A stretch of DNA of 63,608 nucleotides, the filler included, from Corallochytrium limacisporum Hawaii (lineage: Eukaryota > Protista > Pluriformea): NCBI GenBank assembly GCA_002811645.1. It is 5 parts of 5 records of this genome, joined end to end, with 100 filler letters (N's around TTAATTAATTAA, not from the genome) between each part and the next. Parts side by side here need not be neighbours in the genome. Positions count along the whole stretch, not along the records: positions 1 to 26,722 come from PDIP01000127.1; 4 more parts are not named here. The stretch is one strand, 5' to 3'. How positions within the stretch are numbered: the stretch's first letter is position 1; each line of letters starts with the position of its first letter. Both the position numbers and the translations under genes were made by a program. Positions 1-11,520 of this stretch are shown in pieces. The notes under the pieces were generated by a model. It saw only the letters and a list, made by a program, of their open reading frames with translations. It was not told the origin of the DNA and made no database searches.

Positions 1-132
1 CAACACACGGAAAGTCCTACGAGTAACATTTCTGACGTATATTATGAATGCACCTACCACGGTAGTAGTAGACGGACGGCCTGATCTGCGATCAACCCTT
101 TTTTTGCCAGTTGAAGGTTGAGGTATAGTAAC

Positions 133-3100
133 CTAGCCGGAGGATACCAAAAACTCTAAGAAGTGCTCGGACCAGTCTGCGTCAATGAGTTTCATGGACA
201 TTTCGGCCGCCTCTCTAATCTGTGCGGGAGTGGTCAACAAGCTGTTGGACACAAGGTCGAATATGCGTCCGGAAACTGAAATTCCATCACCAAGGTACAC
301 ATGTGCGCTACCTTGTATCCAGGCCTGTAGTCCAGTCCTCTCTGAGTCATAGATCTGATCAGACCATGCGGCGTTGATATCGAAGGAGTTGCCAGAAATC
401 AAATCCTTGTACGGGAAGGCGACGGCCCAGGGGGTGGAAGAAGTCTGGCAGGGATAGTCCACATCCGAATTGGGTGTGAGGTCCTGGATCGCACTGTACC
501 ACGCGTCCAAGGCATCAGAATTCTCTACTGTGCGTTCAATATGGAAGGGCGCCATGAGAATGGGAGCTGTGAGGACGTTTAGCTTCCAGAGCAAGGAAAT
601 GAAGTCATCCACTTTCCCATCATGGTTTTGGACCACAAAAGTTTCTTTTACAGCCAACACGTGGTCCTCGAAGTTAGTACCTTCATGGACAATTTGACGA
701 GCTAAAGGAATAATGTTGGCGCCACCTCCCATAATCCAGAGAAATTGTTCATCACTCCACGCTTGAGGAAGACTTGGCACTGGCAACCCCCACACAACAG
801 GCTCCACATCAATTCGGACTTCTGGACATCCCACCGGAAGTGGAAGGTAACTTGGGGAAACCAGTCGGTTGAGGAAAGTCTCAGACCAGTCCGCCCCAAT
901 TAGTTTCATGGCCATTTCGGCCACCCTCCGGATCTCTGTAGGAGTAGTGACCATGTTATTGGAGATGAGAGTGGGTATTTGGTCGGGGTAAAAAATACCG
1001 GGACTCAGATACACATGTTCAGTGCCCCCGATCCAGGCTTGGAATGCAGTGCGGTCTGGATGATATTCTTGATCGCGGAATGCGGCATTAATATCAATAG
1101 AATTAGTATCTCTTGATGACACGCTAGGGAATGCCACTGCCGAGGGCAGGAAAGACTTGTCCATGGGATCCTCATCACACGGATAAGAAGCATCCGATGC
1201 GGGAGTGAGATCATGAAGAGCACTCCACCAGGCATCCCACGCTTCAGCGTTCGCTGGTGTCCGGTTAATATTGTAGGGAGCCATGAGAATAGGAGCTGTG
1301 AGTGAATTGAGCTTCCAGAGCATGGTATTGATTGTGTCCACAAATCCATCACTACCATGAACAACAAAATTTTCGTCCTTGTCCGCCATGCGGTCCTCGA
1401 AGTCAGTGGCTTCTTCGGCAACTATCTGAGACAACCTACGCATGTCGGCGGCACCTCTCATGATGTACTCGAACTCTTCATCATTTGAAGTCATTGCACG
1501 ATCCCAAATGTGTTCATCTGCAACGATTTCCATTATTGGACAAGAGATGGGAACTGGAATAGCGCTCGGGGAGATCAGGCTACTGAGAAAATGCTCAGAC
1601 CATTCAGCGCCAATGACCTTCATGGCCATTTCGGCGACTTCTCTTATCTGAGAAGGAGTGGTGAGCATATTATTGCCAAGAAGATCTGGAATTTGTTCAG
1701 GGAGCAGGAGACCGTGACTCAGATACACATGCTCAGTGCCATGAACCCAGGCTTGGAGACCCATGCGGTCAATGTCATATTCCTGGTCGTTGAACGCTTC
1801 GTTGATATCAACAACGCTGGTACCCTTTACAGAGCCTCTGGGAAAGGCGACAGCCAGGGGCTTGAAAGCTTTATCCATGCCATTCTCAACACAGGGATAT
1901 TCACCGGATGTGGGAGTCAGATCGTGCAACGCATTCCACCACGCATCCCATGTGTCCGCGTTCGAGGGTGTCCGCTCAATATTATAGGGTGCCATAAGGA
2001 TAGGAGCAGTGAGTGCATTGAGCTTCCAGAGCAGGGAGTAGAATACGTGGGGCCTGCCATTGCTATCAAGGAGGTTAAAGTTCAAGGCCTTATCTGACAT
2101 CAAATTCTCAAAGTCAGTGGCTTCTGTGGCAACTATCTGGGATAGCGGGCGCATGTCGGCCGCACCTTTCATGATTGCCTCGAACTCCAAGTCACCAAAG
2201 GTCAAGGTACCATCCCAAACCGAGGGTTCCGCGACGTATTCGGAATCTGGACATTGTACACGCTCTGGCGTACCCTTGTAATAGCAAGAACGTCCAATGA
2301 ATTTCATAGATTCATCTGCACTACATTCACCATAGTATTTGACGTTGTAGGAATATGCATAGTCCATGATGCCTTCACGACACTCAGTATCACCATTCTC
2401 ATCATGATCCATGCCTAAGTTGTGGCCCAATTCATGAGCAAAACACTGGCCGTACTTGGTTGTGTCCCATTTCTTTGTTGGCAGAACAACGCCGACAGAG
2501 CCGGCTTGGTCGCAAGAAGAGCCAATATAGGCTTGTCCTCCCCAGCTTGAGTCAATTGTGTTGGGCGTATTCAGTAGCATGTGATCATAGTGAGAATACT
2601 TGTCCCTCAGGCGGTTCATCTCACCCCTGTGCCAGTCTGCAAAAGAAGCCAGCAGTCCTCTCCTCGTGTAGGTAAGGGAGCCACGGGGAACAAATTCCGT
2701 TCCCTCCAGTCTAGGAACCACGTCACATCGCCAGTAACCCCTCTTCATGGTGTTGCTGAAGACGTCTTCAACAACTGTGAATGCATTCAACAATCCTGAG
2801 ATGGTACTCTGCTCACTTCCTCTCTCGTCGATAAGCTTTTGATCATATGCCATGAGGACACCAATGGTGCGAGTCACCCCCTCTTTACAGGGAACTGGAT
2901 CCAGGGGCACCACACCTTGAGTCTCCTCGTCGGTTGCCCCTTCTGGGATGGGAACGCCCACATCGGGCCCAGGGGTCTCCTCGTCAGCGAAGTCATTGTC
3001 GCGACGGAGTTTAAATCTCGTTCCTGAAAAGCTTAAGGAGAATTCATCGGGAGCGCCGCGTTTGAACCCATCTTGAGCATTGTCACAGTTGAAGAAAATG

Positions 3101-3366
3101 TAGCGATCATCCTGGTCATCTACATTGACGGCCTCCACAATGCAGCCAGCAAAAGGAGTGAGATCTATTCCCACACCAACATTTGGACGATGGTCGTCGT
3201 TGATGATTTCTAGGGTTACCGAAGCTTCCCCTTCAGAATCATCGATGTCCATTGCAAATTTCTGTCCCTTAGTGAAGAGGAAATCTTTGCCAGGCTGTCC
3301 AACAGGGACAGCCATGGCGGTAGTTGCCGCCACAAGGAAAGTAAATACGAACGTCCCAGACACCAT
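133..3366 (-). CDS. Secreted metzincin (M12B/reprolysin-like) zinc metalloprotease with three tandem C-terminal ~237-aa repeats of unknown function
   Basis: 1077-aa single-exon ORF; hydrophobic signal peptide (MVSGTFVFTFLVAATTAMA); HELGHNLGMDHD zinc motif, Met-turn GIMDY, and GQAYIGSSC strand typical of reprolysins; repeats start at aa ~372, ~609, ~847. Confidence 0.9.
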   Translation of the reverse strand: MVSGTFVFTFLVAATTAMAVPVGQPGKDFLFTKGQKFAMDIDDSEGEASVTLEIINDDHRPNVGVGIDLTPFAGCIVEAVNVDDQDDRYIFFNCDNAQDGFKRGAPDEFSLSFSGTRFKLRRDNDFADEETPGPDVGVPIPEGATDEETQGVVPLDPVPCKEGVTRTIGVLMAYDQKLIDERGSEQSTISGLLNAFTVVEDVFSNTMKRGYWRCDVVPRLEGTEFVPRGSLTYTRRGLLASFADWHRGEMNRLRDKYSHYDHMLLNTPNTIDSSWGGQAYIGSSCDQAGSVGVVLPTKKWDTTKYGQCFAHELGHNLGMDHDENGDTECREGIMDYAYSYNVKYYGECSADESMKFIGRSCYYKGTPERVQCPDSEYVAEPSVWDGTLTFGDLEFEAIMKGAADMRPLSQIVATEATDFENLMSDKALNFNLLDSNGRPHVFYSLLWKLNALTAPILMAPYNIERTPSNADTWDAWWNALHDLTPTSGEYPCVENGMDKAFKPLAVAFPRGSVKGTSVVDINEAFNDQEYDIDRMGLQAWVHGTEHVYLSHGLLLPEQIPDLLGNNMLTTPSQIREVAEMAMKVIGAEWSEHFLSSLISPSAIPVPISCPIMEIVADEHIWDRAMTSNDEEFEYIMRGAADMRRLSQIVAEEATDFEDRMADKDENFVVHGSDGFVDTINTMLWKLNSLTAPILMAPYNINRTPANAEAWDAWWSALHDLTPASDASYPCDEDPMDKSFLPSAVAFPSVSSRDTNSIDINAAFRDQEYHPDRTAFQAWIGGTEHVYLSPGIFYPDQIPTLISNNMVTTPTEIRRVAEMAMKLIGADWSETFLNRLVSPSYLPLPVGCPEVRIDVEPVVWGLPVPSLPQAWSDEQFLWIMGGGANIIPLARQIVHEGTNFEDHVLAVKETFVVQNHDGKVDDFISLLWKLNVLTAPILMAPFHIERTVENSDALDAWYSAIQDLTPNSDVDYPCQTSSTPWAVAFPYKDLISGNSFDINAAWSDQIYDSERTGLQAWIQGSAHVYLGDGISVSGRIFDLVSNSLLTTPAQIREAAEMSMKLIDADWSEHFLEFLVSSG

Positions 3367-5474
3367 TCTTAGAAGTCGATGTTGAGAGGATTTGGATCAG
3401 AAGACAAAATCTAGACTCAGGTACGGTATACACTCGTTGGGCGTATACTGTACACTTGGTTCTACTACTTCCCTGGCTGATCTTCAGGAACAGTTCTATC
3501 TTATCTTCTTAAATACCCACTAGATCTGATCCGACGCCGGACAACGCGGGAGGGCCGTTCGTCATTTCGATGCCGAAGAACCTTTATGGATTCATGACTA
3601 TTCCTTTGCTGTGCTCGTGTCTACGACAGTTTATGTCGTCACTTGTTCTCATGCTTGTCATGAACGTCATCCGATATGTGTACATGTGCGTGATGGTAAA
3701 GGTGGAATGTAAGTCTTCCATTCCCCTCCGTTCCCAATGTCGGCCCCCTTTCAGTCCTGCAACTGGCTGGCGGGACCTGCGCCCTGGACTCTCCATGGCT
3801 GCCCAAGGGAATTTACCCCTTTAGGGCTTTTCTCCCCCATCATTCCGTACCCACCCAGTCCAACCCGAGGGGATGGACACATTTTGAATCATTAAAGTAA
3901 AGCGAACAATCCACTTAAGCATTCATTTGCGTTAGGCACACTGATACTGTGGGCATTCGTAGGAAGCAGGGGTACGGTAATCTAGAGCAAATGCAATCGA
4001 CGTTCCCCCAGAAAACACGCTTGGTTCCTTTTCAGCCGAGACCACAGGATCTGGACCTATAGAGGTCCCTCCTTGAATAGACTTATTCAGTCTCCTTACT
4101 GCCCTCCAAATCACAGGTGACGTTGCTCCGAGTACGTTAGTTGTAATTCAGAAACACTAAAGCGAATCGCACGCCCTGCGCTCCCTCCGTCTCCGCCTGC
4201 TGCATTCCGGAGTAGAAGTCCCGGACAGAGGAAATACGTAGTTCGAGGAGAAACTTCGCATCCTGCCTTGGAAGGAATGCGCCGACATGGGTTCCTGGCA
4301 GGAAATTGCGATACAATTACACTAGAGCCGGACCAGCGGACATGTCTGCGCTTCTGTTGACTTGACGTCATGGGATGGAGGAGGAACAAAAGACTTTGTC
4401 CATTAATTGGCTTTAACGGCGAACGCTGACAACTGCGCTTCAGAGGGTATGGAAATACCGTTAGAGAAACTCATAGATAGGTGGGGGTCCTTTAATCTTG
4501 TTCTCACACCCCTTTCTACCCGTCCTTCCTCTTTTGCTCTCCGTACAGATGCTTTCGACAGTTTCTTCATTCTTCCTCCTTGCCAGAACCACACATGTAG
4601 AAATCGTTGCCAAGCATCACCATTCTGATACACAGGGCCGACATAGTAACATGTGGGTAGAGACAGAGTATTACGTGCGCCTCGCATAGCTTCCGAAGAT
4701 GTTGACGACCGTGGGCCACTAGTTAGTCCATTCCGTCTTCTCATAATACTATTGTATGCAGAACAAAACACACGCACAGGCGAATTTACGTCCCATTGTC
4801 TTCCTCACTCTTCCGTTGTTACTAACCGAAATATGAATTCCTAGACTGCGTTGACAGTCCCAATATCTCCGAGGCTCCCGGTTAATTAACTAGATAGAAT
4901 ACCACCGTACCCATTGACCTTAGTAAAACTTAATGAGGACAATTTCGTCCAGTGTTCGCATGGGGTTGTCGGCTCGAAAACCTTGGCGCTTCCCTTATGG
5001 TTGTGAAACGAAACGGTTGATACGGCAAGAAATTCCCAATGTCGATAGGACCACTCAAATGCTTCACCGTAGAGTATAGATGGGTACGATACCGAGAACG
5101 GGTCATTGGATGGAGTCATGGTCAAGTGGCACCTGACATGCTCCCGAGAAAGCGTCCCTAAACATTGGACTCTTCCGAAGGGCGTCCGTGTGTCAGCCAC
5201 TCTTACGTATTCCAGAAACTCACAGTGAGACAGGTTGACGGCAACCAGGGCACATTATACATTTAATTTAAGAAACTTGGAAACTGAGTGCTGTTGAATG
5301 GCTACATGCTTCGGCCTCTGTTACAGGTGCTAGAACAGCTTGGCTATAGATCACCACGCGCTCTTGATAGCCCTACCTGATGGCAGATTCTGGTAGGAGA
5401 TCATTGACCAGGATCATCCGTAAATGAAATGATATAAATGTTTTCAAAGAAGTTTAATAATGAAAGCTGGAAGC

Positions 5475-6519
5475 ATGCGCATGTTCACTATTTCTCTTGC
5501 CACTGTCACCGCTGGTGCTCGTCTCTGCCTTCCGACATATCAACACCTATGTTCTTGGCGACGTGGCAGCGCCGCCGGCCGAATCTACTAGCAAGACTCA
5601 TTGGGACGTTGGTGGCTTTATCGTAGGAGTAGCCCAAGATGTTTTTGACTTCTCGTTCGCCAAATGGGCACCCGGTCTGAAATTGGAAAAGGAAGTTGCT
5701 CCGGTGCTCTTGGATGTTGTGAACCTTTTCAAGAGCAAGAATCAAGTTGGGGGTGCAGAATCCGATCCTCCAAAGCCTGAGTATATGGTTATTTATGACT
5801 TCAACCCGCTGCAGGATCGTGTAATCATTCCACTGGCAACCAGTGGTATTTCGGACGTATACCTTGATACAACGACCCATAACGGTCAAACTGCTGCTCA
5901 AATTCGCCTGAAAAGTCGATTCGGTCCTCTGAGGGATAGGGCCAGGTACCCGGTACGTTGCCGAAATGGAAACCATTCCATACAGTGAAAACATATTGAG
6001 GGTGTTCATGGCTACCGTAAGGAAGACGTTCTCATCGGTGACGATGCTAACAATGTTCTTGTATCCGGTATTGCCGGGACGGCCACAATGACTGGAAACG
6101 TGGGGGCTGATGTCTTCATGGTGAACGGCGCACAGGCCACAATCACCGACTATAATGCGAATGAAGGAGATCAGATGGAGGTCGAAACTGCCCGCTATAG
6201 AGTGGGCGAGGGTGTTTTGCGTCGTTCCACTGATGCCGATGATGTGGAGATATACGTAATGGACGTCTTTCTTGAAGGCCCTCTGGAAGCCCAGAAAGGG
6301 ACGTTCAACTTGAAGGTCAACTCCTCTGGCGCTCTGATTCTCACAGTAACCGGGCTTCCGGAACGTTTGGAGGATTTCAATCCGTTGACAGTCTTTCAGC
6401 TCATGGAAAATCCAGACTGTGAAGAAGGTCATCGTTGTCGTCGCCACTCGAACGGAACTGAAAACTCATGCATTTACTCCGGACGTTCCGACCGCAGCAA
6501 AAGCTTGCTATGTGCGTGA
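5475..6519 (+). pseudogene. Disrupted secreted protein with RTX/hemolysin-type (serralysin C-terminal-like) Ca-binding repeats
   Basis: ORFs 5497-5988 and 6088-6519 share a frame and are separated by one TGA (5986-5988). Read-through gives HIEGVHGYRKEDVLIGDDANNVLVSGIAGTATMTGNVGADVFMVNGAQATITDYNANEGDQM. A second motif is VIYDFNPLQDRVII. The ATG/signal-like start (5475/5481) is out of frame. Confidence 0.65.
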
Positions 6520-9500
6520 TGGTACCTCATTAATTGATGGGGACAGAGATGACTCTTAAGTCCCGGTGATACTACTTTTTTCAGTCACTCTATTCAGTCG
6601 TGAGAGGGCAAAACTGACCCTGCAACAAAGTCAACATGGACAAAGTTCATCGGCGGGGTTGGTGACAATCAATTTGTTGCATTTTTCCGGCCAACGCATA
6701 GAAATGGTGGGATTCGCATGTCAAATTCAATGAAAGCCTTCTCTGAATTCTCTGAAGATCAATTTTTCATTTCAAAACACCTCTGCAAGAGTCTGGAATA
6801 TGACGATGGTCGACACAGGAGACCGGTCCTCAAGGCATAGCGGCCTGGACTTTCCCTAGGTCTTTTACCATTGCATCCGGAGTTCGCATCATGTGGCAGG
6901 AATACGCTCTGGGACAAATTGATCCAATGTATTTCCCGCGTGCCAGTCACAACCCAGGTGAAGGACGGTAGTGCTCAATTGGCTACGTCCGATCTTTGGA
7001 TTTGGTGCGCTAAAGGGGGTTGCTGTAGAATGGGTCGTCACAACTTATCCATACAGTATACTCATGGTATCTCACACGGTCCCGTTAAGTGGTGTTGGTT
7101 TGGATTTACCGCAGATGCAGCAGATGCCATGTGTTTGCGTTGCGGTCGCTAGTGAGCCGGGTCGTTTGAATAGTCATGGTCGGTTATCAGCACTCAACGT
7201 TGTCACCTATTGCTTCAGCTTATGAGTCCAGCTCTTAACTAACATGGTGACTGACATAATAATCATTACATGACGGTAACATTTTTTCCACAAGACGCGA
7301 CCACGACGGGAATGTTGATCGTAATTTCAACAACAATGGACTCAATCTACATTTTCGATGATGATGGCCCTAAGAATTCAGGTCCCTCTTTCAGACCATT
7401 TTGATCCAACGCCCCTCTCTCCAGCTGCTGCTCGACACCCGTGGGATATCCCGCATTTGACCTACCAAATCACAGTTTGGAATTCCCAGTGTCGCTGCTG
7501 GATAGTTACCTGGCAATTTCCCCTATTATTAACTATGGGGCGGGGCATTTGTGTTGTGCCCGGGGGCCAACAATTTCTACCGTATCGGTGGGGCAGAGAG
7601 TTTTTGCTTTGCCGGCCCATGCGGGTTCGTCGTCCATGTGGACGATTTGGTATATTGATAGTGTTCCACGTTAATCACATACAAACATACTTCAAAACAA
7701 ACGACAAAACTATGAGGCGCGATATCAGCCACAACCTACAGAAAGGAACAACAGCGATGGCGTCATCACCGAATTCTTGCTTCTTGATCATCTACTACCA
7801 ACTAAAATGGAGAAGGCAAGTTACTTTTTACGTTCATTTGTTTTGATGATACTCCGCCGCTGGACCCAGGACGCGCAATGGTCTTAGGAAAATGACGGAG
7901 GGTGAGAAAGATGTTCAAAACGTCTGTACGTTTTCGACTCCTGTCAAATATTCTCTCTGCGTCCCCCGCCTCTTTCCCCTCCCCCCGGGGCGCCGGGGGT
8001 GGGGGTGGGCAGGAAGGGGGACTAAAGAAAACCCTGCAATCCCTCTATGCCTCGTGTCATCGTTGGTTGACTTGCCTGCGTGACTGAGGCCTTTCTGATC
8101 CAAATGTCCTGAGGCCACGAGGTGTCCACAATCTACACGCATGGCACAACCATGATTGCACACCAAACAGAGCTTCGCGGACATGGAACGGGTCTAGGCC
8201 ACCATGCCGGTTGTAGCCCCTAAACACAAGAGGGGAGTTCATGTGGCTCCGTCGCATTCTAGACGAAATTGAGCGATTGGGTTCGGCTATGAAACTTGTT
8301 CATATCCATTAGCAGGATCAAACTTTAGAATTCTCTGATTCGGACGTTTTTCCCTTCCGTGTACATCCCCTTCGGTGAAACTGCCGACAATACCATATAT
8401 CAATTTGCCCTACAGAAGTTTGCCCCGTTTGTGGTTCGTAGCAAAGAAATCTACAGCAAGCTACAAGGTACGTGGACCTTGTTGAGCACACACATGAACG
8501 TGAGACGGAAACATTCCGAATATTCCGATTGTTTGGCAACGCAGTCGAATTAAGAACACCGTGGAAATGTTTGCCGATTGTTCTGTGGTGGCTGACCGAA
8601 GGGGTATTGGTCGGTAAGGCAAGCTTCAGGGAAGCGACGACGCGAGTGTTCTGTAGTCCGGTTTATTCCCAAGGTCAGATTCTATGCGACCGAGTGGGGT
8701 CTGGAACGTGCACCTATCCACTGAATACGCATAATGTTCCCCTATTCACCTTGTTCTCTGCGGGGAAGGCATTCAGCCATTTTGTGGAAGCCACGGACTG
8801 GCTCCTCGGCTTGCAATTCTCGTCTGCTTTCCAACTTCACTGGTATCCAACGACCACCACCTGCTTGTGCATAGGCCTTGGTTTCCGGCTGAAATAGACC
8901 CCTTTGACCAAGAGAATAAGGGGGCATTGTTGCCATTGGAATAGAATAAGCAACTTGTGCAAGAGGTGCGGAGGTTGATTGCTTCTGTGACGTGACACAT
9001 ACCCTGCTCCTGGATGTGGGCAGGTTCGAGACCACAAGACAGGTACCTGGCCTTAGTACTCCCTCACGCTAATGGACTCCACCACACCGGTGCGTTGTCA
9101 TCACCGGCTGGACGGCTGTAAAGGTTACGGAAACCGGTACAACTGACGGCGGCCGTGAGGCAATTCATCACCAAGCCTTTGCACCACGAAATGCCTGCCG
9201 GGTTCGGTCACTGGCCCGGTGAGTTCGGAACCGTCGTAAGCTGCTCCATTTTTTTTTGTTGGTGGCTCGCGCTGCGGACTCTTTTCATAGCATTTGGCCT
9301 TTAGCTCTCTTGTATGTCCATTCCGGTTTTCTCACCCCCTGGTTATCCAGTGGGGTTACTTGTGTGGGCGTCTGCCTTGCCCTCCCCCCCCGGGGGGGGG
9401 GGAGAGAGGAGAAGAAAAAATTCCGAACCGGAAGGAAAGTGGTGACTGCATTTGCTTGAGGAATATTTTTTTCTCCTCGACACCGTGTACCCCACCCTTT

Positions 9501-10429
9501 ACTGACCCTGTGATGGAGGGAGGGGTGTGGGGGGGGGGAAGGGGGGCGTAAGTACTGCGGCGTTCAAGTTCATGGTAGTGTGGTAGCAAATCACAGGTCT
9601 CCATCCTAAGATTTATTTTTTCTCTTTCGTTGCCTGTGAGTCTCCTTTCACGGGCCCCTGGTTCCAGGTCTCTGGCGACCAGCCAATCCACGCAAATTTT
9701 CCGACAATGTGGCGCGAGGTGCGGCTTTCAATTTCAATATACCTGCCTTCGGAGACTATCCAACAACCTTCCATTGTATGACGTAACGTAAAAAGTGAAC
9801 TGGACCTCGCAACCATATACTGACTTTTTTGAACTATATCCATGGAGGTGGCGTGCCTGTGTTAGCCCTGGCTGGCTGACGTTGGTTCCATTTCGTTCCC
9901 AACACCCCCCCCCCACCTTTCCCTTCACCTTACTCTGTGTCTCCACCCGCGGCCTCCTCCGAAACACTTCCCCCGACCTTCCCCACACTCCCTCTTTGTT
10001 CCTTCATGGCGCATTGCCGTCGCGCAATTCCCCTACCCCCTTCTCTCCCCTCCTCCCCCTCCCGGCTTCCCCACGACTTGTCCGGCCCCCCCACCACCAC
10101 CATATACTCTTGAACGCAATCAATCTGGTTGGGGCTTCCAAATTTAAGTCGCTAGGAGTGTGGCGGCGGTTCCTGTAAATCACTGCCTTTTTCCCTAGCT
10201 GCCGGCGGCACATATACCTAGGCGAGGGGGCGCAGATGGGAGGACGTCCTCCCAGAGATGAAGGTCCCGTGGCTAAAAACTTAAGGTGCCACCTTGAGTT
10301 GGGGACGTGGTAGTAGGGTACTTCGCACGCTGGCTCTGCTATATTAGAGTGGTCTTGGCTGCTCTACCCAGACGACGGAGCAGCCACGGCATGTTTACGA
10401 GTTGATCTCAGCCGCATACATACACAAGA

Positions 10430-11443
10430 ATGGGTTCTTCGAAGGGAATGCGGGTGCACTTCCCCAGAAGAATCTGGGTTGCCCTCACAATTCTCATGGT
10501 ACTGCTTGTTACATGGCGGCAGATATGGAACTTCTTCTTTGATGTTCGTCGCTTCCCTGTTACAACTCCTATTGTCCGGAGCCAAAGATCCGGCAACGGA
10601 GATCTGGAAAACGAAGTCGGCTTCGCTATGATTGCAATGGGCTCCTACGCCCGGCAATTGAAGCACCGATCGGCCGTAGAGGCATTACGAGAAATCGGCG
10701 GTTGGGAAGGACCGATCTATATCATCACAGATGCACTCGAGTGCTTTTCGGACAATTCCAATGAGGAATTTAATCTTCCACCCATGCACAATGTACACAT
10801 AGTAACGCCTGACGATGGCATTGACTACGGTCACTCTGGCAGTCGCATGTTGGCGAAGGCCATCAAGACGAAGCTATTCGACCTTATCACGGACGTAGAC
10901 GAACTGGTGTACATGGACACCGACATTCTAGCATCAATTCCAGACTGTGTTGAGCCCATGATTCGTAAGTTTCGGGAACCAGGCTTAGACGTGGAAATGC
11001 TGACGGAGACCATCGGCGGTCCCCACAGCGGTATTTGGTACCTGCGGCGGACGGAAAAGACGGAGCAGTGCATGACGTGTTGGCGGGAAAACATTCTATC
11101 AGGAGACTATCGCATTGACCAGGATGCCATGAAGAACTGCATGGAGAGAGAATTGTGCGGTCCGTTTAGCGGCCGTATTACCACCGAAGTGATGGACTTC
11201 CCGCCAGACGATGAGAACATCATTCATGCCCAGTCTATGCCTATGCCTGCTTGCATGATGCACTACACACGGGCTCGTTGCCTCCGACAAGGAAGAGAGT
11301 TTGTGCAAGCAATGATTGATCGGTATGAATTGCAGACATATCGCAATGGAGAGCCATATTGTGAGAGCATTGCCAACTATCCAAAGGTATACTCCATAGT
11401 TTCCTTTGGTGAGTCTTGTGAACCCATGGAACGGGCGGGATGA
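10430..11443 (+). CDS. Type II membrane GT-A glycosyltransferase-like protein (nucleotide-diphospho-sugar transferase)
   Basis: 337 aa; short basic tail plus one TM anchor; KAIKTKLF...LVYMDTDIL DxD motif, HSGIW, DQDAM, late MHYT. Confidence 0.7.
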   Translation: MGSSKGMRVHFPRRIWVALTILMVLLVTWRQIWNFFFDVRRFPVTTPIVRSQRSGNGDLENEVGFAMIAMGSYARQLKHRSAVEALREIGGWEGPIYIITDALECFSDNSNEEFNLPPMHNVHIVTPDDGIDYGHSGSRMLAKAIKTKLFDLITDVDELVYMDTDILASIPDCVEPMIRKFREPGLDVEMLTETIGGPHSGIWYLRRTEKTEQCMTCWRENILSGDYRIDQDAMKNCMERELCGPFSGRITTEVMDFPPDDENIIHAQSMPMPACMMHYTRARCLRQGREFVQAMIDRYELQTYRNGEPYCESIANYPKVYSIVSFGESCEPMERAG

Positions 11444-11520
11444 TTATCAATCAACTGCGTATCATGTATAATATAAAACATAGCTGCATTTTGGATCGTA
11501 CGGGTCTATGTTGTACGGCA

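Noticed and set aside
5986-5988. In-frame TGA as selenocysteine
   Set aside because: No redox motif or evident SECIS; additional frameshifts favour decay or assembly error
5506-6447. 313-aa minus-strand ORF
   Set aside because: Antisense shadow of the RTX-like frame; no protein-like motifs
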